The position numbers and the translations under genes are program-made. The notes below the pieces were generated by a model that was given only the letters and a program-made list of their open reading frames with translations, was not told the DNA's origin and did not search any database. Below, in pieces: positions 52,932 through 61,698 of a stretch of 61,698 nucleotides of DNA (position 1 is its first letter; the number at the start of each line of letters is the position of its first letter). Source of the stretch: a bacterium. Its GTDB lineage: Bacteria; Patescibacteriota; Doudnabacteria; UBA920; 2-01-FULL-46-14. The stretch spans positions 1 to 61,698 of the forward strand of contig JAUYKH010000040.1 of the NCBI GenBank assembly GCA_030700065.1, in the 5' to 3' direction.

Positions 52932-52956
52932 GCCACCTTAGCTCAGCCGGTAGACC
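52932..52956 (+). other. tRNA-like 5' half (acceptor 5' strand plus D arm) of an interrupted outer tRNA
   Basis: GCCACCT-TA-GCTC-AGCCGGTA-GACC. A14, G18G19 and A21 are canonical. There is one C-C mismatch in the D stem. No anticodon arm follows. Confidence 0.6.
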
Positions 52957-52973
52957 TGCCCGCCCTTGCCTAA

Positions 52974-53047
52974 GCCGACGTAGCTCAATTTGGTAGAGCA
53001 ATCGCTTCGTAAGCGATAGGTTATCGGTTCAATTCCGATCGTCGGCT
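52974..53047 (+). tRNA. tRNA-Thr (anticodon CGU)
   Basis: Perfect hand-folded cloverleaf. Acceptor GCCGACG/CGTCGGC, D arm GCTC-AATTTGGTA-GAGC, anticodon arm ATCGC-TTCGTAA-GCGAT, variable AGGTT, T arm ATCGG-TTCAATT-CCGAT. Confidence 0.92.
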
Positions 53048-53080
53048 CGGGCGATGGCAGGCGGGGCAGCCCCATAGTGA

Positions 53081-53110
53081 AGGTCCCCGGTTCGATTCCG
53101 GGAGGTGGCT
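53081..53110 (+). other. tRNA-like 3' half (variable loop, T arm, acceptor 3' strand) of the outer tRNA
   Basis: AGGTC-CCCGG-TTCGATT-CCGGG-AGGTGGC-T. AGGTGGC is a perfect 7-of-7 complement of GCCACCT at 52932-52938. Confidence 0.6.
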
Positions 53111-53130
53111 GTGGCAATGGCAGGCGGAGC

Positions 53131-53162
53131 AACGGCTCAAGCGGTTGAGCCGTTGAAATTTT
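53131..53162 (+). terminator. Rho-independent terminator of the tRNA unit
   Basis: AACGGCTCAA-GCGG-TTGAGCCGTT followed by GAAATTTT. Confidence 0.65.
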
Positions 53163-53283
53163 GGCCAATTTGTCAAGGCCCTGGTGGATTGACAGAAGCG
53201 CGCAATTTAGAGGAAAATTAGGGGGGTATGCTTTTGAAAGACCTTTCCAAATAAGGCTTTTTTTGTTATTATGAATTCTGCCT

Positions 53284-53526
53284 ATGATTGACGCTACTCC
53301 TGAAAACAAACCAAAAAAAAGCCTCGCAAAGTCAGAACTGGTCTCAATTGCCTTTGAGCTGGGTTTTATCATTGCCTTGCCGGTTGTGCTTTTCGGGTTT
53401 TTGGGCAAGTGGCTGGATACTCGAGCCGACACATCTCCACTGCTCACACTCATTGGAATCTTTGGCGCGATTACCATGACCAGCTTTTGGATATACCGAA
53501 AGTTTAAGAATTATTTCAAATCATGA
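53284..53526 (+). CDS. AtpZ/AtpI-family ATP synthase accessory protein
   Basis: 80 aa with two transmembrane helices. It lies immediately upstream of atpB and overlaps it by 4 nt. Confidence 0.65.
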   Translation: MIDATPENKPKKSLAKSELVSIAFELGFIIALPVVLFGFLGKWLDTRADTSPLLTLIGIFGAITMTSFWIYRKFKNYFKS

Positions 53527-54326
53527 TTTTTGCGATTCCGCCGTTGGCGGCCGAAACAATTTTCCGTATTGGCCCGATCCTCGTAACCAATGCTTATATA
53601 AATTCGACGATTGTCCTGGCGCTTTTTATTGCCCTTGGTCTTGTTTTGCGCAAAAGAAGCGGTGAAATCCCGGACAAAATTCAAAATTTCGCGGAAAGCA
53701 TTTTTGAAGTTTGTCTAGGATATGTCGATCAGGTTACCAAGGATCGCCGGAAATCAATAAAGTTTTTGCCGATCGTAGGTTCCCTCTTCTTTTTTATTCT
53801 GATTTCAAACTGGATCGGAATATTTCCGGGAATCGGTTCGATCGGGCGCTATCTGCCGATTCACGGAGAGATCGAACTTGTGCCGCTTTTCCGACCCGCG
53901 AACACGGATCTCAACATGACGCTGGCCATGGCTATTTTGGGAATAGGGGCGACGCACATTTTCGGAATACTGGCCATTGGTTTTTGGAAATACGCCAATA
54001 AATTCGTGAAGCTGGGGGACATTTGGCGCAGTTTCCGCAAAGGCGGCATGAGTATTTTCGTGGCATTCGTCGAGTTTGGAGTCGGGCTTATTGAAATTTT
54101 TTCCGAGGTCGCCAAGGTCGTATCGCTATCATTGAGGTTGTTCGGCAATGTGTTCGCGGGCGAGGTGTTGCTCACGGTCATGGCCAGCCTCATCGCGTTT
54201 ATTATTCCTCTGCCGTTTATTTTTTTGGAAATTCTCGTGGGTTTTATCCAGGCGCTGGTTTTCTCGATGCTGGTTTTGGTGTTTTTGAGCATAGCAACCA
54301 TGGAAGTTCAGACGGCGCGTCATTAA
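53523..54326 (+). CDS. atpB: F0F1 ATP synthase subunit a
   Basis: SLSLRLFGNVFAGE (essential Arg) motif; polytopic membrane protein. Confidence 0.92.
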   Translation: MIFAIPPLAAETIFRIGPILVTNAYINSTIVLALFIALGLVLRKRSGEIPDKIQNFAESIFEVCLGYVDQVTKDRRKSIKFLPIVGSLFFFILISNWIGIFPGIGSIGRYLPIHGEIELVPLFRPANTDLNMTLAMAILGIGATHIFGILAIGFWKYANKFVKLGDIWRSFRKGGMSIFVAFVEFGVGLIEIFSEVAKVVSLSLRLFGNVFAGEVLLTVMASLIAFIIPLPFIFLEILVGFIQALVFSMLVLVFLSIATMEVQTARH

Positions 54327-54366
54327 TTTTTTGTCATTCACCGCCGACCAAATAAACTCAAAATAA

Positions 54367-54630
<264 letters not shown>

Positions 54631-54638
54631 AGCAAGCG

Positions 54639-55193
54639 ATGAATTTTCCATCTCTAGTTTTTCTCGCGACCGAGGTAGCGGAACATGCCGCTCCCGGATC
54701 AGCCGGCGTCCTCGGCACATTGGGTTTGAATTGGAAGCTGTTTTTGGCGCAGCTTGTGAATTTCGGGGTGGTAATCTTCATTTTGTGGAAGTGGGTGATG
54801 AAGCCCGTCGTCGGGGCATTGGAGGCAAGGCGAATTAGAATTGAGGAATCTGTGAAAAAGGCGGGGGAAATCGAGAAGAAGTTCGCAGACATTAAGGCGT
54901 ATGAAGAAGGGGCCAGACACAAATCCCGAATCGAAGCCGATGAATTGATTACCAGGGCATCACTTACAGGGGAGACATTAAAAAATGAAGCCGCGGAAAG
55001 GGCCCGCGCCGAATCGGCCAAAATTTTGTCAGAGGCCAGAGTTACGATCGCCTCGGAAAAGGAACGGGCGCTTCTGGAGATTCGGGAAGAGGTCGCTGGC
55101 CTCGCCGTGATGGCTGCAGAGAAAATTTTGCGGGCAAAGCTGGATGAGAAGAAAGATGCCGAATTGATCAAGAACATGATGAAAAGTCTATAA
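54639..55193 (+). CDS. atpF: F0F1 ATP synthase subunit b
   Basis: N-terminal transmembrane helix followed by a long charged helix. Operon position supports the call. Confidence 0.85.
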   Translation: MNFPSLVFLATEVAEHAAPGSAGVLGTLGLNWKLFLAQLVNFGVVIFILWKWVMKPVVGALEARRIRIEESVKKAGEIEKKFADIKAYEEGARHKSRIEADELITRASLTGETLKNEAAERARAESAKILSEARVTIASEKERALLEIREEVAGLAVMAAEKILRAKLDEKKDAELIKNMMKSL

Positions 55194-55199
55194 TCCTTT

Positions 55200-55592
55200 A
55201 TGAGATTCACACCTCAACAATACGCCAAGGCCTTATTCGATTCTATCGCCGAGACCAATACAGAGGATCACGAAGCGGTTCTTGATAATTTTGTAAAAGT
55301 CCTGGCCGCGAACGGCGATCTTGCTAAATTCGAGGAGATTGAATCGGCGTATAACGATTTGGATAGAGAAGCGAAGGGAATCAGGGGCGTGGATGTAACT
55401 TTTGCCAGGGAGATCAATCCCAAAATTTTGGACGAGTTGAATACCGTGGTTCAGGATCGGGCCGAGTTTAAGACAAAGGTTGATGAGGGGATTGTCGGCG
55501 GCGTGGTGCTCAAGGCTGACGAAATTTTGATTGACGGAAGCCTTCGAACACAACTAGAGGACCTAAATAAAATGTTGAAAGGACGGGTATAA
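55200..55592 (+). CDS. atpH: F0F1 ATP synthase subunit delta (short, 130 aa)
   Basis: YAKALFD start, the C-terminal GG.V......IDGS....L motif, and operon position. Confidence 0.8.
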   Translation: MRFTPQQYAKALFDSIAETNTEDHEAVLDNFVKVLAANGDLAKFEEIESAYNDLDREAKGIRGVDVTFAREINPKILDELNTVVQDRAEFKTKVDEGIVGGVVLKADEILIDGSLRTQLEDLNKMLKGRV

Positions 55593-55599
55593 ATAATAT

Positions 55600-57129
55600 A
55601 TGGCCAACGCGAATTTGATCCAGCAGCTCAAAGATAAAATTCTCAAATTCCAACCGGATGTAAAGATTGAGAAAGTCGGAACGGTTTTGGAAGTGGGGGA
55701 CGGCATTGCGCGAATCTCGGGACTCACGCAGGCGGCGAGCATGGAAATGCTGGATTTTTCCGCCGGAAGCGGATCCGCCTCCGGCGGAGGAAAACAAACT
55801 TTTGGCGTTGCGCTAAATCTTGAGGAAAATTTGATCGGGTGTGTGATTTTGGGCGATTATACCAATATCAGGGCGGGCGATATGGTGCGCTCGACAGGCA
55901 GAATTCTGTCAGTCCCAGTGGGAGAAAATTTGATAGGTCGTACGGTAAACGCTTTGGGGTTTCCAAAAGATGGGAAAGGAGCCATCAAGGAGAGCGCCTT
56001 TTATCCAGTGGAAAAAATCGCTCCCGGTGTTATCACCCGGCAAAGCGTAAAACAGCCCGTCCAGACGGGAATCAAGGCCATAGACGCGCTTATTCCCATC
56101 GGCCGCGGCCAGCGCGAGCTTATTATTGGCGACCGGCAGACCGGGAAGACAGCGATTGCCATCGACACAATCATCAATCAAAAAGGCCAGAATATGGTCT
56201 GCATTTATGTCGCCATCGGACAGAAGGAGAGCAAAGTTGCCAAAATTGTCGCGGAGCTTGAGAAGCACGGCGCGATGGAATACACGATTGTAGTTTCGGC
56301 GGGCGCTTCGGAAGCCGCGTCGCTATCGTATATCGCGCCTTACGCGGGTTGCGCCATGGGCGAATATTTTATGGATAAGGGCAAAGACGTGCTTATCGTG
56401 TATGACGACCTGTCAAAGCAGGCGGTCGCCTATCGCGAAATATCCTTGTTGTTGCGCCGACCGCCGGGAAGGGAAGCATATCCGGGCGATGTGTTCTATT
56501 TGCATTCAAGGCTTCTTGAGAGGGCGGCAAAACTGAATCCTGATTTTGGCGGGGGGAGTTTGACGGCTTTGCCAATTATTGAAACTCAGGCTGGGGATGT
56601 GTCGGCGTACATTCCGACCAATGTGATTTCCATTACTGATGGACAAATTTTCCTGGAGAGCGACTTGTTCTATAAAGGCATCCGTCCGGCCTTGAACGTC
56701 GGTATTTCTGTTTCGCGCGTGGGTTCTTCCGCCCAGACCAAGGCTATGAAAAAAGTCGCCGGCAAACTGAAACTGCAGCTCGCGCAATTCAGGGAACTCG
56801 AGGCGTTCGCGCAGTTTGGTTCGGATCTCGACGAGGCAACGCGAAAAACTCTGGAATTGGGCAAGAGACTGTCCGAAATTCTCAAGCAGCCGCAATACCG
56901 GCCCGATTCTTTGGAAAGAGAAGTCACGATTGTTTACGCGGTGAACAACGGTTACTTTAACGAAATCCCTGTTGAGAAAATCGCTGAGACGGAAAACAGG
57001 TTTCATCAATATTTAGCCGCGCAAGCCAAAGATGTTCTCGAAGAAATCCGCGTAACCCGCGACCTCTCGGAAAGCACCGAGGAAAAATTAAAGCGCGCGA
57101 TAACGGGTTTCCTGCAGACCATCAAATAA
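55600..57129 (+). CDS. atpA: F0F1 ATP synthase subunit alpha
   Basis: GDRQTGKT Walker A motif, and the sequence is highly conserved throughout. Confidence 0.97.
   Translation: MANANLIQQLKDKILKFQPDVKIEKVGTVLEVGDGIARISGLTQAASMEMLDFSAGSGSASGGGKQTFGVALNLEENLIGCVILGDYTNIRAGDMVRSTGRILSVPVGENLIGRTVNALGFPKDGKGAIKESAFYPVEKIAPGVITRQSVKQPVQTGIKAIDALIPIGRGQRELIIGDRQTGKTAIAIDTIINQKGQNMVCIYVAIGQKESKVAKIVAELEKHGAMEYTIVVSAGASEAASLSYIAPYAGCAMGEYFMDKGKDVLIVYDDLSKQAVAYREISLLLRRPPGREAYPGDVFYLHSRLLERAAKLNPDFGGGSLTALPIIETQAGDVSAYIPTNVISITDGQIFLESDLFYKGIRPALNVGISVSRVGSSAQTKAMKKVAGKLKLQLAQFRELEAFAQFGSDLDEATRKTLELGKRLSEILKQPQYRPDSLEREVTIVYAVNNGYFNEIPVEKIAETENRFHQYLAAQAKDVLEEIRVTRDLSESTEEKLKRAITGFLQTIK
55769..55788 (+). 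repeat. Palindromic 20-mer GCGGATCCGCCTCCGGCGGA, in frame (GSASGG); copy 1, in atpA
   Basis: It is identical to 58103-58122. It contains the GCGGATCCGC palindrome and a TCCGCC-TCC-GGCGGA hairpin. Confidence 0.95.
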
Positions 57130-57131
57130 TT

Positions 57132-58055
57132 ATGCCGAGTTTAAGAGACATTAAACGTCGCATCAAATCAATTCAAAGCACGCGCAAAATCACACGCGCG
57201 ATGCAGATGGTTTCGGCTTCCAAAATGCGCAAGGCGCAGAGCGCGGTGACGAATAGCCGTACATATGCGGATTTGGCATGGGAGTTGATAAACTCCGTCA
57301 TTCCCGCCATGCCTGGCGGCAGGCAGGCGCAGGTGACAAGCGGGTTTTTGCAAACGTTTCCGGAAGCTGAAAAAATCGGCATCGTTTTGCTGACCACAAA
57401 CCGCGGCTTGGTCGGGAGCCTTAACAGCAACCTCGCGGCAAAAATAAAAGAGATTCCCAATTCAGAGATTATCAGTGAAATTATCACTTACGGCAAGAAT
57501 GCCAGAACCATCGCCGGGCGGCTTCAAAAAAACGTGGTGGCGGATTTTCCCAAAATGGACAGGATGATTTCCGCAGTGGAAATTTACCCCCTGGCCCGAT
57601 ACATTTCCGATATTTATCAGACAGGGGAGTATCAAAAGATTTTTATTGTCTACAATCATTTTGTCTCGACGCTGATTCAAAAGTCCACCATAAAACAATT
57701 GCTTCCTTTCATTGGCGGTCGCAACCTCACCCGGCCTTCGACCACCCTCTCCGATATCGGAGAGGGCAGGGGTGAGGTAATATACAATGCAATTCAGAAT
57801 GAGTATTTATTCGAGCCCGCCCCCGATCGAGTCATCAATCATCTTCTGCCGAGAATCATCGAATCTCAAATTTACCAGGCTATTTTGGAATCCGACGCTT
57901 CGGAACATTCCGCTCGCATGGTCATGATGAAAAACGCGACCGAGGCCGCGGGCGATCTGATTTTTGATTTAACCTTGACTTACAACCAGGTGCGTCAGAA
58001 CAAGATCACAACCGAGCTGGCGGAAATAACAGCCGGTAGAATCGCGCTTGAATAA
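57132..58055 (+). CDS. atpG: F0F1 ATP synthase subunit gamma
   Basis: IKRRIKS...T.KIT.AM.MV...K...A start and a C-terminal ITTEL.EI..G end. Confidence 0.95.
   Translation: MPSLRDIKRRIKSIQSTRKITRAMQMVSASKMRKAQSAVTNSRTYADLAWELINSVIPAMPGGRQAQVTSGFLQTFPEAEKIGIVLLTTNRGLVGSLNSNLAAKIKEIPNSEIISEIITYGKNARTIAGRLQKNVVADFPKMDRMISAVEIYPLARYISDIYQTGEYQKIFIVYNHFVSTLIQKSTIKQLLPFIGGRNLTRPSTTLSDIGEGRGEVIYNAIQNEYLFEPAPDRVINHLLPRIIESQIYQAILESDASEHSARMVMMKNATEAAGDLIFDLTLTYNQVRQNKITTELAEITAGRIALE
57725..57777 (+). repeat. Nested palindromic element in frame in atpG
   Basis: 22-bp perfect palindrome CCCTCTCCGATATCGGAGAGGG (57745-57766). It sits inside the 8-bp inverted repeat CCTCACCC (57725-57732) / GGGTGAGG (57770-57777). 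Confidence 0.95.
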
Positions 58056-58059
58056 GTAG

Positions 58060-59505
<1,446 letters not shown>

Positions 59506-59510
59506 TTCAT

Positions 59511-59945
59511 ATGGCTAAGATCAAATTTCGTATTGCCACACCGGAACGCGTGGTTTACGAGAGCGAAGTCGACAGCGTGACTTGTCCGACCGAAATGGGC
59601 GAGGTTACAATTTTGCCCAAGCATATTCCTCTCGTGGCCAATCTTAAAGCAGGGGAATTAAAGACTATACAAAACGGGCAGGAAAATTATTTTTCCCTAT
59701 CAGGCGGTTTTCTGGAAGTGCGTACAAATAACGAGATCGTGATTTTGGCAGACTCCGCTGAACACGCGCATGAGATAGACATGGCGCGGGCGGAAGAAGC
59801 GCGTGGGCGAGCAAAAAAACTTATGGCCGAGGAGGTCAGGAGTGAGGAGGAGTACGCGGTCACAGCCGCCGCGCTCGAACGGGCACTGGCCAGGATCAGG
59901 GTCGCCAGGCGCAGACACAAAGACGTCGGCCGGACAGCCCCATGA
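59511..59945 (+). CDS. atpC: F0F1 ATP synthase subunit epsilon
   Basis: The first segment fits the beta-sandwich N-terminal domain (TPE..V......V..P...GE..ILP.H.PL) and is followed by a helical C-terminus. Operon position supports the call. Confidence 0.9.
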   Translation: MAKIKFRIATPERVVYESEVDSVTCPTEMGEVTILPKHIPLVANLKAGELKTIQNGQENYFSLSGGFLEVRTNNEIVILADSAEHAHEIDMARAEEARGRAKKLMAEEVRSEEEYAVTAAALERALARIRVARRRHKDVGRTAP

Positions 59946-59955
59946 TGGATTTTGC

Positions 59956-59984
59956 AAACGGCTCAACCGCGGTTGAGCCGTTTT
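59956..59984 (+). terminator. Rho-independent terminator of the atp operon
   Basis: AAACGGCTCAACCG/CGGTTGAGCCGTTT palindrome followed by TTTGT. The arm sequence matches the terminator at 53131-53154. Confidence 0.75.
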
Positions 59985-60000
59985 GTGGTACTATTAAGCC

Positions 60001-61416
60001 ATGGGAAAACCAGCGAGATTCAAATTTGCGTGGACGGATCGCTCAAAATTGTCAGAGGGCGCTTTTTCGATCGTAAGAAAACTGAAAACATCGGGTTTTG
60101 AAGCCCTGCTCGCCGGCGGCGCGGTGCGCGACGCTTTGCTTAAGCGGCCGCTTCTGGAGATAGACATCGCTACATCAGCTACTCCGGCGCAGATAAAAAG
60201 ACTTTTTTCAAAGACCATTCCAACCGGCGAAAAACACGGCACGATTACAGTCCGCCTTGATAAGGTCAGTTATGAGGTGACAACTTTCCGGATCGAAGGA
60301 CCTTATAAAGATTACCGGCATCCGGCGAAGGTTAAGTTCGTCCAAAACCCCGAACAGGACGCAAAAAGACGTGATTTTGGGGTAAATGCCCTGTTTTATG
60401 ACCCTACAGCCAAGGAGGTTATTGATTATGTCAATGGTATTGCTGACATTTCCCACAAGAAGATCCGGTTCGTGGGTATGGCCGATGACAGGATCAGGGA
60501 GGACGCTTTGCGCATGATGCGCGCGGTGAGATTTGCCACGGCGCTCAATTTTGCCCTCGAACCTCGCGCTCGCAAGGCAATTCAGAATAACGCCGCCTTG
60601 ATAAAAAAAATCTCCACCGAGAGAATTAAACAAGAATTGGATAAGATCATTTTGTCCGATAGGGCTTCGATCGGGCTCAGCCTTTTGGATGTTGTCGGGC
60701 TCATGGAATTTATATTACCCGAACTCAAGGCTTGCCAAGGAGTGAGGCAGCCGAGAAACGAACACGCCGAAGGGGATGTGTACACTCATTCATTGCTCGC
60801 TCTGGAGAAAACGGACGAGAGTTACGATGTGCCGACGCGTTACGCCGTCCTATTCCATGATTTGGGAAAAGCCGGGACGGCAAAGATTCGCCAAGGCAAA
60901 ATTACTTTTTACGGGCACCCGGACGCGGGCGCCGAGATCGCGTTTCGGATGATGAAGCGCCTCAAGTTCAGCGGGCAGGACACTGATAAAACAGTGTGGC
61001 TTGTGAGAAACCACATGGTGCCCAACGACTTCCCCAACATGCGCTTGTCAACCAGGCGGAAATGGGGGCTAAATGCCTTTTTTGCCGATCTTTTGAAGGT
61101 CTACAAAGCCGATGCCCAAGCCTCGCTTTCCCCGGCAGGCGAAGGACACAACAATACGCGCAGTTACCGCGAGGGACTGAAAATTTTGAAGGAAATCGCC
61201 GCGATGCCCAAACTTAAAAAGCCAATCCTGTCCGGAAATGAAGTGATGAAAATTTTGCGCGTGAAGCCCGGGCCGATTGTCGGAAAAGTTTTGGAAATTT
61301 TGGAAGAAAAAAAATTGGCGAATGAATTGCGGACAAAAAAACAAGCGCGGCTTTTTTTGAAACAAAACAAAAATGAAATTTTACTTGACAAAAAATCGTC
61401 CACACTCTACAGTTAA
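60001..61416 (+). CDS. cca: CCA tRNA nucleotidyltransferase with HD domain
   Basis: LAGGAVRDALL, DIDIAT and an RRDF..NAL head domain, plus VLFHDLGK (HD). This is consistent with the tRNA genes here lacking an encoded CCA. Confidence 0.85.
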   Translation: MGKPARFKFAWTDRSKLSEGAFSIVRKLKTSGFEALLAGGAVRDALLKRPLLEIDIATSATPAQIKRLFSKTIPTGEKHGTITVRLDKVSYEVTTFRIEGPYKDYRHPAKVKFVQNPEQDAKRRDFGVNALFYDPTAKEVIDYVNGIADISHKKIRFVGMADDRIREDALRMMRAVRFATALNFALEPRARKAIQNNAALIKKISTERIKQELDKIILSDRASIGLSLLDVVGLMEFILPELKACQGVRQPRNEHAEGDVYTHSLLALEKTDESYDVPTRYAVLFHDLGKAGTAKIRQGKITFYGHPDAGAEIAFRMMKRLKFSGQDTDKTVWLVRNHMVPNDFPNMRLSTRRKWGLNAFFADLLKVYKADAQASLSPAGEGHNNTRSYREGLKILKEIAAMPKLKKPILSGNEVMKILRVKPGPIVGKVLEILEEKKLANELRTKKQARLFLKQNKNEILLDKKSSTLYS

Positions 61417-61560
61417 TGTAGTTCTTGTATTATGTCGGGAAACAAAAATTTGTTTCCTCATATAAACCCCGTTAGAACTCGCATTTCTAAATGGGGTAAA
61501 AACAAAAATCATTAAGTACTATTGCAGAAAGCCAAATGCGATAGTTCAGGGAGAGATACG

Positions 61561-61608
61561 ATGGCAAAGAAAAAGAAAGCCAAGAAGAGCCGAAAGAAGA
61601 GACTGTAA
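61561..61608 (+). CDS. Possible 15-aa Lys/Arg-rich micro-ORF
   Basis: Translation is MAKKKKAKKSRKKRL, preceded by GGGAGAG and followed by two hairpins. It may not be translated. Confidence 0.2.
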   Translation: MAKKKKAKKSRKKRL

Positions 61609-61664
61609 TTCGTATCTAACGATTACGGCCTCGCCCCAAATTTATTTGGGGCACGCGGCTAAAT

Positions 61665-61692
61665 AAAAAACCCCGTGAAAGGGGTTTTTTAT
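61665..61692 (+). terminator. Rho-independent terminator
   Basis: AAAAAACCCC-GTGAAA-GGGGTTTTTT. Confidence 0.8.
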
Positions 61693-61698
61693 TTGAAT

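Noticed and set aside
52956-53061. Archaeal-type bulge-helix-bulge intron model for the interrupted outer tRNA
   Set aside because: One 3-nt bulge (ATG) and a 5-bp helix are present. The second 3-nt bulge and the outer helix are missing. No choice of splice sites yields a 7-nt anticodon loop with U33 and a purine at position 37. It is kept only as an unlikely option.
52938-53477. 179-aa minus-strand ORF spanning the tRNA region
   Set aside because: It runs through a perfect tRNA-Thr, the tRNA-like halves and a terminator. It also overlaps the atpZ start region. It is an open-frame artefact.

Overview
A 61.7-kb, almost entirely plus-strand segment of a small-genome bacterium. The gene content (DUF4012, DUF5671-like, compact AlaRS, LOG protein) looks like Patescibacteria/CPR, but that placement is inference only. 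The housekeeping backbone holds infA-rpmJ-rpsM-rpsK-rpsD-rpoA-rplQ-rplM-rpsI, a full F1Fo ATP synthase operon, lepA, alaS, cca, polX, and a dac-mraY-ftsW-murJ envelope cluster. There is also a surface-glycan cluster with a flippase, four GT2 glycosyltransferases and an O-antigen-ligase-like protein. Secreted S8 proteases, DUF11 and LPXTG surface proteins and a sortase are present. Four things stand out. (1) An intact tRNA-Thr(CGU) sits between the 5' and 3' halves of a second tRNA-like gene, inside one promoter-to-terminator unit. (2) Short palindromic or simple-repeat elements are inserted in frame in essential genes. These include an identical 20-mer in atpA and atpD, a 22-bp perfect palindrome in atpG, and G/C-run hairpins in polX and the O-antigen-ligase-like gene. 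(3) An accessory block of about 8.3 kb (44.6-52.9 kb) lies between tRNA loci. It carries a recombinase-like remnant, a 10-bp direct repeat, and a G13 tract in the putative promoter of an LPXTG adhesin. (4) A promoter- and terminator-bounded unclassified RNA candidate of about 270 nt (about 200-nt core plus terminator) lies upstream of lepA. Many genes appear leaderless, with TGnTATAAT boxes 6-11 nt from the start codon. No CRISPR array, rRNA gene or intact mobile element was seen.
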